64,000 nt of DNA from an uncultured Coprobacillus sp. GTDB taxonomy: Bacteria > Bacillota_I > Bacilli_A > RFN20 > CAG-826. This document shows, piece by piece, positions 19,911 to 29,667 of the stretch. Numbering within the stretch: the first letter of the stretch is position 1; every line of letters begins with the position of its first letter. The notes beneath the pieces were generated by a model. It saw nothing but the letters and a program-made list of their open reading frames with translations. It was not told the DNA's origin and ran no database searches. The DNA lies in the NCBI GenBank assembly GCA_964583155.1, contig CAZOUY010000005.1, positions 7,698 to 71,697 on the forward strand. The letters run 5' to 3'. Made by a program: the position numbers and the translations under genes.

Positions 19911-20904
19911 CAACAAAGCTATTATTGACGATCGTATCAAAGGGGGCGGCTTCGCCTTCTAGTTCACCGGCTGTTTGGATAATATCAATCAGGCGGTTAT
20001 AGCTTTCGACATTGAGGGCTAAATCAGTCGACCAAACATCGATCGCCAAATAGTTGTTTAAGACATTGTCGATTTCTTTTTCACTGCTCGAAGTGAAGCT
20101 GGGCTTTAAAGAAGCGATAACATCCTCGCGCGATGCTTGGAACAGATAATCGATTCCTTTTTTTAACGCTCTTGTAAAGGCCTTTAATGTTTCGCCATTC
20201 GCTTGCATATAGTTTTTCGTCGTGCTATAGCAGGTATAGGGGACCTCTCCAGATGATTCACCGATCGAAGCGACAATTTCACCGATGCCGTTTAGCACCA
20301 CTTGACTGGCGGAGGGCTCAAAAAGAGTAACATAATCGCTTTGACCGGCGGTGAAGACACCGGCCATAACGTCAAAGGCCACATCAGTGCGGATGTTGAC
20401 TTCGGCCGTTGGATCATTTTGACCGATGCTCAATCCCGCTTTTTTAAGAACATATTCCAGCGTCATTTCCGGCATTCCGCCTTTTCGTCCGCCGATAATG
20501 GTTTTTCCTTTGAGGTCATTCCAAGTGAAGCTTTCGTTTTTCTCACGTGCCAATAAGAAGCTACCATCCTTATGAGTCAATTGGGCAAAATTAATAGCGT
20601 AGTTTTTTTCGCCACCTTTATAGACATAGACGCTGGCTTCGGGACCCATTAAACCGATTTGGGCTTCTTTAGATAAGAGAGCCGCCATCGTTTTGTCCGC
20701 TCCAGGAGTGGTAATAACATTAACCTTTAACCCCTCTTCCTCAAAGTATCCCTTGTTAAGTGCAATGTATTGTGGAGCATAGAAGAGAGAATGGGTCACT
20801 TCTGCGACCGTAATGGGAGTTAAATCATCCTTAGGACCACAGCTTGTTAAGCCGCCGAGGACACTAAGTGAAATAACCGTTGCAAAATAAATGATTTTTT
20901 TCAT
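19906..20904 (-). CDS. ABC transporter substrate-binding lipoprotein (NMT1/THI5-like, NitT/TauT family)
   Basis: Lipobox LTSCG after the signal peptide, periplasmic-binding-protein fold length, and a position at the end of the ATPase-permease operon. Confidence 0.65.
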   Translation of the reverse strand: MKKIIYFATVISLSVLGGLTSCGPKDDLTPITVAEVTHSLFYAPQYIALNKGYFEEEGLKVNVITTPGADKTMAALLSKEAQIGLMGPEASVYVYKGGEKNYAINFAQLTHKDGSFLLAREKNESFTWNDLKGKTIIGGRKGGMPEMTLEYVLKKAGLSIGQNDPTAEVNIRTDVAFDVMAGVFTAGQSDYVTLFEPSASQVVLNGIGEIVASIGESSGEVPYTCYSTTKNYMQANGETLKAFTRALKKGIDYLFQASREDVIASLKPSFTSSSEKEIDNVLNNYLAIDVWSTDLALNVESYNRLIDIIQTAGELEGEAAPFDTIVNNSFVA

Positions 20905-21728
20905 TTTTTTCTCCTTTTCTGATAACGAGTTGTACGGAAATATTTTTCAATACAATTCAAGATAAAATACATGATGAATGCAAGGATACCAAGAACTAAT
21001 ACGCCCATCATGACCAGGTCGAGCCTAAACACTTGACCGCCATAAACCACTAAATAACCGATTCCTTCACGTGATACTAAGAATTCTCCCACAATTACGC
21101 CGACCCATGACATCCCAATATTGATCTTAATGACATTTATCAAATTGGGGATGTTGCTCGGAATAACTAATTTGGTGAGAATCTGCCACTTACTGGCCTT
21201 TAAGGTCCGCATCATTTTGATTTGCTCAGGATCGATGGCTTGAAAGTAGTTATAGGTCGATAAAATAGTAATCACAATGGAAAGCGAAATAGCGACGACG
21301 ACAATTCCTTTCATCCCGGTGCCGGCCCAGATAATTAAAATAGGGGCTAATGCTGTTTTTGGAAGAGCGTTTAGAACAACTAAATAAGGATCCATGACTT
21401 TGCTTAGTAACGGGAACCACCATAAGATAATTGCGATAACAATCCCTAGAAAAGTTCCAATAACCAACCCTAATAAGGTTTCGAGAAGAGAAATCTTAAT
21501 GTGCCGGAAAATTTCGCCATTTTTGATGTAGACCATCAATAAATTGCCAATCGCACTCGGTTTGGAAAAAAGAAAGGTATTAATCAATCCGAAATGGGCG
21601 AACAACTCCCATAGGCCGATAAACGCAACTAGAATCGTGATTTGAACGAGAATAATGAGTAGTTTTCGTCTTTTGATTTGGCGATGATATTCATCATATG
21701 AATTAATCGGTTGTTTTTTCATCGTCAT
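20901..21728 (-). CDS. ABC transporter permease (NitT/TauT family)
   Basis: Six predicted TM helices and a binding-protein-dependent permease EAA-like region. Its start overlaps the stop of the ATPase gene. Confidence 0.7.
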   Translation of the reverse strand: MTMKKQPINSYDEYHRQIKRRKLLIILVQITILVAFIGLWELFAHFGLINTFLFSKPSAIGNLLMVYIKNGEIFRHIKISLLETLLGLVIGTFLGIVIAIILWWFPLLSKVMDPYLVVLNALPKTALAPILIIWAGTGMKGIVVVAISLSIVITILSTYNYFQAIDPEQIKMMRTLKASKWQILTKLVIPSNIPNLINVIKINIGMSWVGVIVGEFLVSREGIGYLVVYGGQVFRLDLVMMGVLVLGILAFIMYFILNCIEKYFRTTRYQKRRKK

Positions 21729-22464
21729 GCAACTCCTTATATATTAAATCGAAATATTGCGGGAATTGTTTGGCTTTCCGGGCCTTTAAGGGTGTCTTTT
21801 CACCTTCAATGTCAAGGGCGATGGGAATGATTTTTTTAATGGTGCATGGGCGATTGCTGAGGACAATCACGCGATCGGCAAAGGATATCGCTTCGCTAAT
21901 ATCATGGGTGACAATAATAGCGGCTTTCTTTTCTTTTCTTATTATGCTATAGACATCATCCAAGACAAAAAGACGCGTTTGATAGTCCAAAGCGGAAAAA
22001 GGCTCATCCAATAAAAGGACTTCGGGCTTTAAGGCCAAAGTTCTAATCAGCGCGACCCGTTGTCGCATGCCTCCTGATAATTCATGAGGATAATAATCAA
22101 GAAAATCGCCAAGCTGGTATTTATTTAATAGATCGAGGGTATAGTCAACGTTTTCTTTTGTTTTATGGTGGGTGATTTCTAAACCTAAAAGAACATTATC
22201 GCGCACCGTTCGCCAAGAAAAAAGAAGATCCTGTTGGAACATATATCCCATATGAGCGTTGGTTATGACTCGTCCTTGATTAGCTTCCTGTAGGCCGCTC
22301 GTGATATTTAAAATCGTCGATTTACCACATCCGGAGGGGCCGATAATCGCAATTATTTCGTGTGGATGCAAAGAAAAATTGATATGGCTTAAGACATCAG
22401 TTTGGCCTTTTTCATTAAAAAAAGTTTTCGAAACATCCTGAAATTGAATGAGCTCTTCCATCAT
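21703..22464 (-). CDS. ABC transporter ATP-binding protein
   Basis: Walker A GPSGCGKST, signature LSGGMRQRVALIRTL and Walker B LLLDEPFSALD. Confidence 0.85.
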   Translation of the reverse strand: MMEELIQFQDVSKTFFNEKGQTDVLSHINFSLHPHEIIAIIGPSGCGKSTILNITSGLQEANQGRVITNAHMGYMFQQDLLFSWRTVRDNVLLGLEITHHKTKENVDYTLDLLNKYQLGDFLDYYPHELSGGMRQRVALIRTLALKPEVLLLDEPFSALDYQTRLFVLDDVYSIIRKEKKAAIIVTHDISEAISFADRVIVLSNRPCTIKKIIPIALDIEGEKTPLKARKAKQFPQYFDLIYKELHDDEKTTD

Positions 22465-22717
22465 CTCTTCCTCCTTGCATTATTAGTGTATTTTTGTTTT
22501 TTATTTCGGTGAGTTCCAAAGTTAAAGTTAGGCGCAAATAAATATGATGATCATGATAATATGGAAATATGAAGCGTGATAAATGATAATGAATCGATGA
22601 CTTGATAGTTTTTTTCTAAAGAGAAAAAGTGGACTAAATCATGATATTTTTTTATAATTCCTTTAGGAAAACGATTAACGAATCGTGATTTTTATTTTCC
22701 CAAAGGATGGCCAAATT

Positions 22718-23329
22718 ATGGAAATTGATGATTTAAAAAATATGCTGATGCTATATAGCGATCTTGATGATGAAGTCTATCAAGCCTTAAACAATAAGAA
22801 GAATTGGATTCTTCATTCCTACTACGTAAAAGGGCATCTTTCCACCTCGGAGGATCATTTTCATCGCCTTCATTATGTCCTGATTGAAGCGATGTTGGAT
22901 GATGTCTTATTATTTCGCGAATTAAACGCTGAAGATGTGAAAGATAGTGAACGACTCCCTTTGTGGCGCAATCAATACAAGATTCTCGATCTTTATGAGG
23001 AGATTCCTACGGATGCTCCATTTGTCATCGAATATGATTTTTCCTTATTAGATCGTCAAGCATATAATGCTCTGATGCCCAATTTTTATTTTGGCCATGA
23101 AATCGAGGCGGAGGACGATCATCAATCGAGCATTGTTTCGTTATTAAAGATGCTCTTAAATAAGGATCATCCTTTTATTCTGTTAGAGAATTCACTATTG
23201 ATCAACAATTCCTTTTTTGCGCCGATAATAAGTAAGATCATCGTTTTTCAAACGGCCTCGAAGGAATTACAGGAAGAATTAAAAGCTATTTCGCTAGAAA
23301 AAGAAATAGATTTTGAATATCATAAATAA
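22718..23329 (+). CDS. Hypothetical protein
   Basis: An ORF with an AAGGATGG RBS 7 nt before the ATG at 22718. No recognisable motifs. Confidence 0.4.
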   Translation: MEIDDLKNMLMLYSDLDDEVYQALNNKKNWILHSYYVKGHLSTSEDHFHRLHYVLIEAMLDDVLLFRELNAEDVKDSERLPLWRNQYKILDLYEEIPTDAPFVIEYDFSLLDRQAYNALMPNFYFGHEIEAEDDHQSSIVSLLKMLLNKDHPFILLENSLLINNSFFAPIISKIIVFQTASKELQEELKAISLEKEIDFEYHK

Positions 23330-23493
23330 TTGATATGGAAGTTAAATAGTTGCAAATTATTAAATCGATAAAGGCATCATCGCGAAGTGATTAGGTGGTA
23401 TTATTCAAAAGATAATTGGACTTTCAAAATAAAAAAATGAGAATTGACCAATAAAATGCCACTCAAAAACGTCTTTATAAGGAAGGGAAGTCT

Positions 23494-24024
23494 ATGGATG
23501 GATTGCAAGTAAGTGAATACATTAAAGAATTTAAGAACCAAAATTTTGAAAATTTTCCAATCTTCTATGAAGCACTGAAAAAAGATGTTTTTTACAATAT
23601 TCTCGGTATTGTTTCTGATTATGAGGATGCGGAAGATATCTTGCAAGAGACCTTTGTGACTTTTCTTGATCAGATTGAAAAGATCAGTAATCATGGTTCA
23701 CCTTTAGGATATTTATTTCGCATATCCTATAATCTTTCCCAGGATTATCACCGCAAAAGGAAAAAGGAGACCTTCTTTGAGGTCGGACAAGAAGAAAGGA
23801 TATCCACTGAAGATGATTATGATTCGCTTGTTGAATTGTTAGGTAGAATTCGTCAGCTGTTGAATAATAATGAATATCAAATCTTTATTATGAAGACTCT
23901 CCATGATTATACGCATCAAGAGATAGCGAAGATTTTAAAAAAGCCGATAGGAACGATAACGTGGAGTTATCAACAGGCTATTAAAAAACTAAAGAAAGGA
24001 TTGGGATCGGCATATGAATGGTGA
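23494..24024 (+). CDS. RNA polymerase sigma-70 factor, ECF subfamily
   Basis: Region 2 DAEDILQETFVTF and region 4 HTH HQEIAKILKKPIGTITWSYQQAIKKLKK, at about 176 aa. Confidence 0.75.
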   Translation: MDGLQVSEYIKEFKNQNFENFPIFYEALKKDVFYNILGIVSDYEDAEDILQETFVTFLDQIEKISNHGSPLGYLFRISYNLSQDYHRKRKKETFFEVGQEERISTEDDYDSLVELLGRIRQLLNNNEYQIFIMKTLHDYTHQEIAKILKKPIGTITWSYQQAIKKLKKGLGSAYEW

Positions 24025-24997
24025 AAAATTTAAAAAAACGATGCAGGAATATGAAGTGCAAACTACCGCTAGTCAGATTCTTGATTCCTATGCCATGCGT
24101 CAAGAGCAAAGGAAAGCTCATAAATCCAAGAAAAATTGGTGGTCATTGGGGGCTATGGTTCCGGCAACCATGGCTATTGCATTAGCGGCCTTTTTCATTT
24201 TCAGATCGCCAGGATCGATAACAGAGCATGAGATTCAGGATGATTCCAATAACCGTGTTGCCTTTCAGCTCATATCCGGAATGGAGCTATCGAGCTTTTT
24301 AAGTGTCGATAATCAAGAGCAGATGTTGAGAAGGCGACGGCCAGCCACTGATACCGAATTTATAGATATCGTTAATGTCTACGATAAGGCTAATGATCTA
24401 GTGCATTCCTCTTATCTAGCGAATGAGAACATTCAAAAGAAGGTTTTTGAAGGATCGTTTGATGGAAAATTCAAGGATAAATATCCCTATAAGATGGAAA
24501 TCAGTGGGGAAAGAGATTTGGTTTTTTATTACGATGGCAAAATCGAAAAGGATGATCATCATGAATTAGAGATGACAATTAAAGGCGAGATTCATTATAA
24601 CCAGCACGTTTATCGCGTTCTCGCAGAAAGCGAAAGCTCGGAAAAAGAGAAAGAGTATGAAGTTTCAATTTATTTTGATGAAAAAAACTATATTGTCATT
24701 GAGCAGGAAGAAGAGGCGAATGAATTCGAGTATTTGTATCGCATTTATGAGAATAAGAAAAAAGCCTATGAAATCGAATTTAAAAATGAGGAAGGAAAGC
24801 AGAAGCTCGAAATCAAAGAGAACAATAATTCCTATGAATTTATGATCACTCATGATTCCACGCAAGATATCATTCAATATCATGCTTTGGACGCTGAAGG
24901 TATCATGTATCTGACCTATAATCAGGATGTTAGAATCTATACCGAAAGCGAAACCCAACAAAAAATTGAAAAAAATTCCAATAAAATAATTTCGTAA
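24014..24997 (+). CDS. Putative anti-sigma factor (single-pass membrane protein with extracytoplasmic domain)
   Basis: Overlaps the sigma gene stop. Cytoplasmic N-terminus, one TM helix (WWSLGAMVPATMAIALAAFFIF), then an extracellular domain of about 260 aa. Confidence 0.55.
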   Translation: MNGEKFKKTMQEYEVQTTASQILDSYAMRQEQRKAHKSKKNWWSLGAMVPATMAIALAAFFIFRSPGSITEHEIQDDSNNRVAFQLISGMELSSFLSVDNQEQMLRRRRPATDTEFIDIVNVYDKANDLVHSSYLANENIQKKVFEGSFDGKFKDKYPYKMEISGERDLVFYYDGKIEKDDHHELEMTIKGEIHYNQHVYRVLAESESSEKEKEYEVSIYFDEKNYIVIEQEEEANEFEYLYRIYENKKKAYEIEFKNEEGKQKLEIKENNNSYEFMITHDSTQDIIQYHALDAEGIMYLTYNQDVRIYTESETQQKIEKNSNKIIS

Positions 24998-25041
24998 TCC
25001 GTATTAATAGTGAAAGCCAAGATAAAGGAGGAAAAATTATT

Positions 25042-25926
25042 ATGAAAAAAATCTTAACGGCTATCGTTCTCAGTATTCCGTTTTTCGCCCTAACCGGATG
25101 CAACAACGATAATTCAATAGTTAAAGGAGAGACCGCAGAGTCTTTAGCGTTCGAGGCCACGACATCATTGGCCATGATGAATCGCTTATCCACCAACAGC
25201 TCTTCCATGTTAAAAAGAGCGTATCAAGAACCCACTGAAAGTGAAATTCAGGAGATTACCGACTATTTAGAGCAAATTGATTTCATTTTAATGAATGATC
25301 AGCAATTTAAGCAAGAAAGCGTCGTTTCCGATCGTGAAGACTATTTATATCAAGAATTAATTACTTTCGCGGATTTCGATGGCGAAGCTAAAACCTATTC
25401 TTTATATTACAATTCAATCAAAGAATCCACGGACATCGATGAAAAGGACGATGAAATCGAAATCAAGACCAAGATTCAAGGTATTGCGGTCTTTGAAGAT
25501 AAAACCTATGATTTCCGTTGCCACACTAAAGTAGAAGAAGAAAGAGGCGAAAAAGAGGAGTCAGTTACCTTTACGCTCTATGAAGATCACGATTCATACG
25601 TTCGGGTGGAGCAGGAGGTCGAATTGGAGGATGACGAATACTCCAAGGAATACCGTTATACGATCGTCGCCGATGGCCAAAAGACCTATGATTATCGATT
25701 AGAATACGAAGAGGAAACAAAGCATCAACAGCTCGAAAAGGAAATTGAATTGAAGCTAAATGACAAGCAATTCAAGATCAAAGAGGAAACGAGAGAAGAT
25801 GGCGCCTATTTACGAGTTCGTTATGTCGATAAGCAAGACGAAGTCAAGTATTCTATTCTCTTCAAAAAGGTGATTGAAACCGTCGATGGTGTCACCACTA
25901 TCCATTACGAATATATCGCGCAATAG
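25042..25926 (+). CDS. Lipoprotein paralogous to the anti-sigma extracytoplasmic domain
   Basis: Signal peptide plus lipobox LTGCN. Acidic repetitive region sharing the pattern KTY..Y...VEQE.E.EDDEY..EYRYTI with the downstream half of the 24014 gene product. Confidence 0.5.
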   Translation: MKKILTAIVLSIPFFALTGCNNDNSIVKGETAESLAFEATTSLAMMNRLSTNSSSMLKRAYQEPTESEIQEITDYLEQIDFILMNDQQFKQESVVSDREDYLYQELITFADFDGEAKTYSLYYNSIKESTDIDEKDDEIEIKTKIQGIAVFEDKTYDFRCHTKVEEERGEKEESVTFTLYEDHDSYVRVEQEVELEDDEYSKEYRYTIVADGQKTYDYRLEYEEETKHQQLEKEIELKLNDKQFKIKEETREDGAYLRVRYVDKQDEVKYSILFKKVIETVDGVTTIHYEYIAQ

Positions 25927-26024
25927 ATGGTGAAAAAAACATGGTTTTAAAAGTGCTATATCCGTAGTTTTCCCTTACTTACCCCCCAAGAAAAAGAATT
26001 ATTGAAGCACTTTTGAAAAAATAA

Positions 26025-26062
26025 AAAGATTTCTTTCGGAATTCAAGAAGAAATCTTTTTTT
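26025..26062 (+). terminator. Rho-independent terminator after the lipoprotein gene
   Basis: AAGATTTCTT/AAGAAATCTT stem with a 9-nt loop, then TTTTTTTG. Confidence 0.55.
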
Positions 26063-26166
26063 GTGTTATCATTAAAGATGGTGATCAGAAAAAGTCTTTT
26101 AGAATAATCACATATTCATGATAAAATGCTTATAAGCACCGTTATATAAAGGAGGAATCATCTTCA

Positions 26167-27285
26167 ATGGACAATAAGGAATTGTATCTCAATAGAAAAA
26201 ATTTTGATTTAATCTGTCGCTTCTTAAAGATTCCTGATAATGTTGATCTGGAGTTTCTTTATAAGTGCTATTATCAAGTGGTTGAAGCCCTTATTGCTAT
26301 GTTGGAGAGCCAAAATATTCCTCTTTTAGGAAAAATTCAACCTCCGGTTATCACTGCTTATATTCTAAATGAGCATCTCTATAGCGTCGCCGGGCTTGAT
26401 GATAACAAGCGCCACGAGATGGAAAATAATGAAAAATATGTCAAAAAGCTTTGTTCCATCGCTCTAGATAAGTATTTTACGCTCGGTCATCTACGATATG
26501 AAGAAGGCTTGTTAACGGATCGTTATTATCCACCGATCACCCTCATTCAGCTATATACAAGCTATGTTTTGCATCTTTTGAAAAAATTCGCACAGAAGAG
26601 CCCCAGTCAAACGCTGATGGTCGATATTTTACATAAAGCCTTCATGATGAGCGATTGCATCACCAATCTTTTGGTCACCGGCTTTGAAACCGAGGCTTTT
26701 TCCACATGGCGGACCCTTCATGAAACAGAATGCAATGCGATTATCATCTTCAAATATGGACAACCGATCATCAATGCTTATCTTCGTCATATCACCTATG
26801 GATTGGCTTTTCGAAATGTTTTGGGAAGCGCCGAAGAGCAGGATCAGGTTTTTGCGGAGATTAAAGCTAAAATGAAATCTTTGGGGCTCAAGAGCAAGGA
26901 TATGAAAAGATTCATCGAGTGTGGATGGCTATATAGTATTCCGGATCTTGATAAATACCCTGATTTCCGCCTTAATTTCCGTAATGGCACCGAATATATC
27001 GCCGGCCTATCGGGAATGAACAGCCGGTATGAAATGTCAAGTGAGATCGCCCATTCATCGCCATTATTGATCTATTCGAATCGTGAATTCTTCTTTTATC
27101 TTTCCATCGTCTCGCTTTATGAGTCCTTCCTGCGCATGGAGGCTCTCTTTAACGAAATATATTCGGCGACCATGAGCGAAAAAGAAAAACAAGAATATCA
27201 GTTGATGCGTGATACTTATCTCCCGCAATTAAAAATTGTCTTGGATATTGAAAGCCATCGCCTTTCCAAAATGACGAATAAATAA
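26167..27285 (+). CDS. Hypothetical protein (372 aa)
   Basis: An AGGAGG RBS lies upstream. No recognisable catalytic motifs. Confidence 0.45.
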   Translation: MDNKELYLNRKNFDLICRFLKIPDNVDLEFLYKCYYQVVEALIAMLESQNIPLLGKIQPPVITAYILNEHLYSVAGLDDNKRHEMENNEKYVKKLCSIALDKYFTLGHLRYEEGLLTDRYYPPITLIQLYTSYVLHLLKKFAQKSPSQTLMVDILHKAFMMSDCITNLLVTGFETEAFSTWRTLHETECNAIIIFKYGQPIINAYLRHITYGLAFRNVLGSAEEQDQVFAEIKAKMKSLGLKSKDMKRFIECGWLYSIPDLDKYPDFRLNFRNGTEYIAGLSGMNSRYEMSSEIAHSSPLLIYSNREFFFYLSIVSLYESFLRMEALFNEIYSATMSEKEKQEYQLMRDTYLPQLKIVLDIESHRLSKMTNK

Positions 27286-27318
27286 AAAATGATTGCCCTG
27301 CATAGGCAATCATTTTTA
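27285..27318. terminator. Bidirectional terminator between convergent genes
   Basis: AAAAATGATTGCC-CTGCATA-GGCAATCATTTTT. Confidence 0.6.
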
Positions 27319-27336
27319 ATAATTTCTGAAATGGCA

Positions 27337-28980
27337 TCAAACATCTTGGAAACAAGAATCGCCGATGAATTCCCGAATCAATGAGTTACAAGGAATATAT
27401 TTATCATCGATTTCCACAAAGTATTTCAAGAACTTGATCAAGCGCTCAGCCATCACAAAGTACGGCGAATCCTTATCGATCTTCTGTAAGAGCGGCAAGG
27501 CATATTTTTTCATAACACAGAGCTCATAGGGGAGAAGGGAATTATAAACATAATCCGCACCCTCTTGGGTAGCATAAATCCAAGTAAATTCACCTTTTCG
27601 AACGCTAGGCCACATTTTAAAGGTCAACTCAGCCGGAGCGTTTCGGAATTTTTTATCGCGCACAAGCCGACGCAGCAATCTTAGATCGGTCAATGATATC
27701 GGATTATGATTATCCAAATTTATTTGTGCCTGTGGAGCGATATAAATTTTGAATTTTTGATGCTTTGGCACTAAAGAGGTGAGCGTGTCATTCAAAGCGT
27801 GGATGCCTTCAATAATAATCGGCTGATCGGCTTCGATCTGCAACAGACGTCCCTTTGTTCTTTTGCCCAATTGGAAATCAAATTTGGGCAATTGGACCTG
27901 TTCGCCATTAATTAAATCCAACATATTTTGATTGAAAAGATCGATGTCGAGAGCATAGATGCTTTCAAGATCGGGTTCACCATTTTCATCCTTCGGCGCC
28001 ATTTCCCGCGATAGATAGTAATCATCGATGGAAATACGAATGGGGCGGATACCGCGAGATAGCAATTCAATCCGCAAACGATTGGCGAAAGTGGTTTTCC
28101 CAGAGCTCGAAGGTCCGGCAATGCAAATGAGACGAATATTCTCAATATCCGTTTCAATGCGCGTTCCCAAATCGTTTAGCATACTATTATGACGCGCTTC
28201 ACACATATTGATAAAATCGATAGTATTGCCGCTTTGCACATATTCGTTGATTCCGGCAATAGAATCGGCTCGGACGATTTTAGCCCATGAATGGGAGGCC
28301 TTTAAAGTGCGCCCAAACATCGGGGCATCTTGGAAATCAGGAATCTCGCCATTGGTTTCCGAGCGAGGATATTGAACGATAATTCCCGGATGATAGATGC
28401 GAATTCGATAATTCTGTAAATATCCCGATGATGGTACCATATGCTCATACATATAATCTAAATACCCATCGCATTCATATAAATGAACCGTTTTTTCTGG
28501 ACGATACTTTAAAATAGCAATCTTATCGTCATAGCCACGTTCGGTAAAGATCTTTAAAGCCTCATCATTGGTGACGATATGGCGATTAAAGGGAAGATCA
28601 AGCGCGATGATATGATCCATTTCATCCTTAATCTTCTTGACCATCAAGGAATCAAGACGAACTTCCTTGTTTAAAATTTCAATAAAAATCGAACGAGAAA
28701 TATTGTAGCTAAAACGAATTTTGATATTAGGATAAATGCGAGCAAATGCCATCGCTATTAAATATCGTAAAGATGATTCATAGATGCGAATCGCTTGTTG
28801 ATCCTTGCAGGTTAAAAATTGGATGTCAGCGTTATAATAGACCTCATAATTTAATTCCCGAAGGCGATTATTGACCATCGCGCAAATTACATCCTTTCGA
28901 TCGGATCCGATAATCGATAATAAAGATACTTTCTTTTCAAAGGTCAGTTCTTTGTTTTCATAGCACACATTAAAACTCAT
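27337..28980 (-). CDS. Long-form uridine/nucleoside kinase family protein (N-terminal TGS/ThrRS-like region plus PRK/UK P-loop kinase)
   Basis: P-loop GPSSSGKTTFANRL with an IIEGIHAL region, typical of the uridine kinase/PRK family. An extension of about 280 aa sits upstream of it. The ATG start (MSFNVCYENK) is preceded by AAGGAG on the minus strand. Confidence 0.6.
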   Translation of the reverse strand: MSFNVCYENKELTFEKKVSLLSIIGSDRKDVICAMVNNRLRELNYEVYYNADIQFLTCKDQQAIRIYESSLRYLIAMAFARIYPNIKIRFSYNISRSIFIEILNKEVRLDSLMVKKIKDEMDHIIALDLPFNRHIVTNDEALKIFTERGYDDKIAILKYRPEKTVHLYECDGYLDYMYEHMVPSSGYLQNYRIRIYHPGIIVQYPRSETNGEIPDFQDAPMFGRTLKASHSWAKIVRADSIAGINEYVQSGNTIDFINMCEARHNSMLNDLGTRIETDIENIRLICIAGPSSSGKTTFANRLRIELLSRGIRPIRISIDDYYLSREMAPKDENGEPDLESIYALDIDLFNQNMLDLINGEQVQLPKFDFQLGKRTKGRLLQIEADQPIIIEGIHALNDTLTSLVPKHQKFKIYIAPQAQINLDNHNPISLTDLRLLRRLVRDKKFRNAPAELTFKMWPSVRKGEFTWIYATQEGADYVYNSLLPYELCVMKKYALPLLQKIDKDSPYFVMAERLIKFLKYFVEIDDKYIPCNSLIREFIGDSCFQDV

Positions 28981-29219
28981 AGAGCATTTCTCCTTTATAC
29001 TAGTTTTCACCTAAGTGTTATTGTACGTACTTATTTAGAAAAATGCAAGCGGTTACATTTCGGTTTTTGCTGATCATACATAATGTTTGCGGTATATTGA
29101 ACTCTATCCTGCCACAAAATATAAGAGGGTATTTCATGATGCATTTCTTCGTTTATATTTTGACATAGACAAAATTGCGACTATGTCCAATTCTTTTTCT
29201 ATTTTTTTTAAAAAAATAG

Positions 29220-29228
29220 TGCTATAAT
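29220..29228 (+). promoter_or_regulatory. Candidate extended -10 (TGcTATAAT) for the atp operon
   Basis: TGCTATAAT lies 38 nt upstream of atpI. The -35 is poor, so the element may rely on the extended -10. Confidence 0.3.
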
Positions 29229-29265
29229 CAATTACTGATGATTAAGCATCGCTAGGAGGTCGGAA

Positions 29266-29667
29266 ATGTTAAAGTTTTATCGCCATCTTTCAGAAATGCG
29301 TCGCCTTCTTTTTTGGATTGTGGTTGGTGAATTAGGAGCATTTGTCCTCTTGTCATTTTGCTTTTTTATCGGTCATTATGATATTCCGCTAGGAATATGC
29401 TTAGGATCGATCATCAGCGTCATCAATTTTATATTATTGGAAAAGCAAAGCGAAAAATGCACCAGCAGAGATCATCCCAAGATGACCGCGGCCGGTTTTT
29501 ATCTTTTACGTTATTTCTTCTATGCGCTTGGATTAACTCTAGCCTTGGTCATGATGAAATTTGTCTTTCCATTATTCAATGTCTTTGCGGTATTTGGCGC
29601 TTATCTTATTCCTAAGATTGTTATTTTTATTTTTAATGTGAAAGGAGATAAATATGAAAAAAATTAA
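29266..29667 (+). CDS. ATP synthase protein I (AtpI)-like small membrane protein
   Basis: 133 aa with 3-4 predicted TM helices, first gene of the atp operon and overlapping the atpB start. Confidence 0.5.
   Translation: MLKFYRHLSEMRRLLFWIVVGELGAFVLLSFCFFIGHYDIPLGICLGSIISVINFILLEKQSEKCTSRDHPKMTAAGFYLLRYFFYALGLTLALVMMKFVFPLFNVFAVFGAYLIPKIVIFIFNVKGDKYEKN

Noticed and set aside
22465-22717. Looked for a TPP or other riboswitch in the 220-bp leader of the NMT1/THI5-like ABC transporter operon.
   Set aside because: No CTGAGA/ACCTGATCTGGATAATGCCAGCG-type THI-box elements or other recognisable riboswitch cores are present on the minus strand. The region is simply AT-rich.
23441-23476. Possible ECF-type autoregulatory promoter (AAC...CGTCTT) upstream of the sigma factor gene.
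   Set aside because: A CGTCTT -10-like element is present at 23470-23475. No convincing GGAAC or TGAAAC -35 lies at 16-17 nt spacing. The evidence is too weak to call.
23401-23694. Minus-strand 97-aa ORF overlapping the ECF sigma factor start.
   Set aside because: It overlaps the 5' end of a gene with clear sigma-70 region 2 and region 4 motifs. It has no RBS and low-complexity composition.
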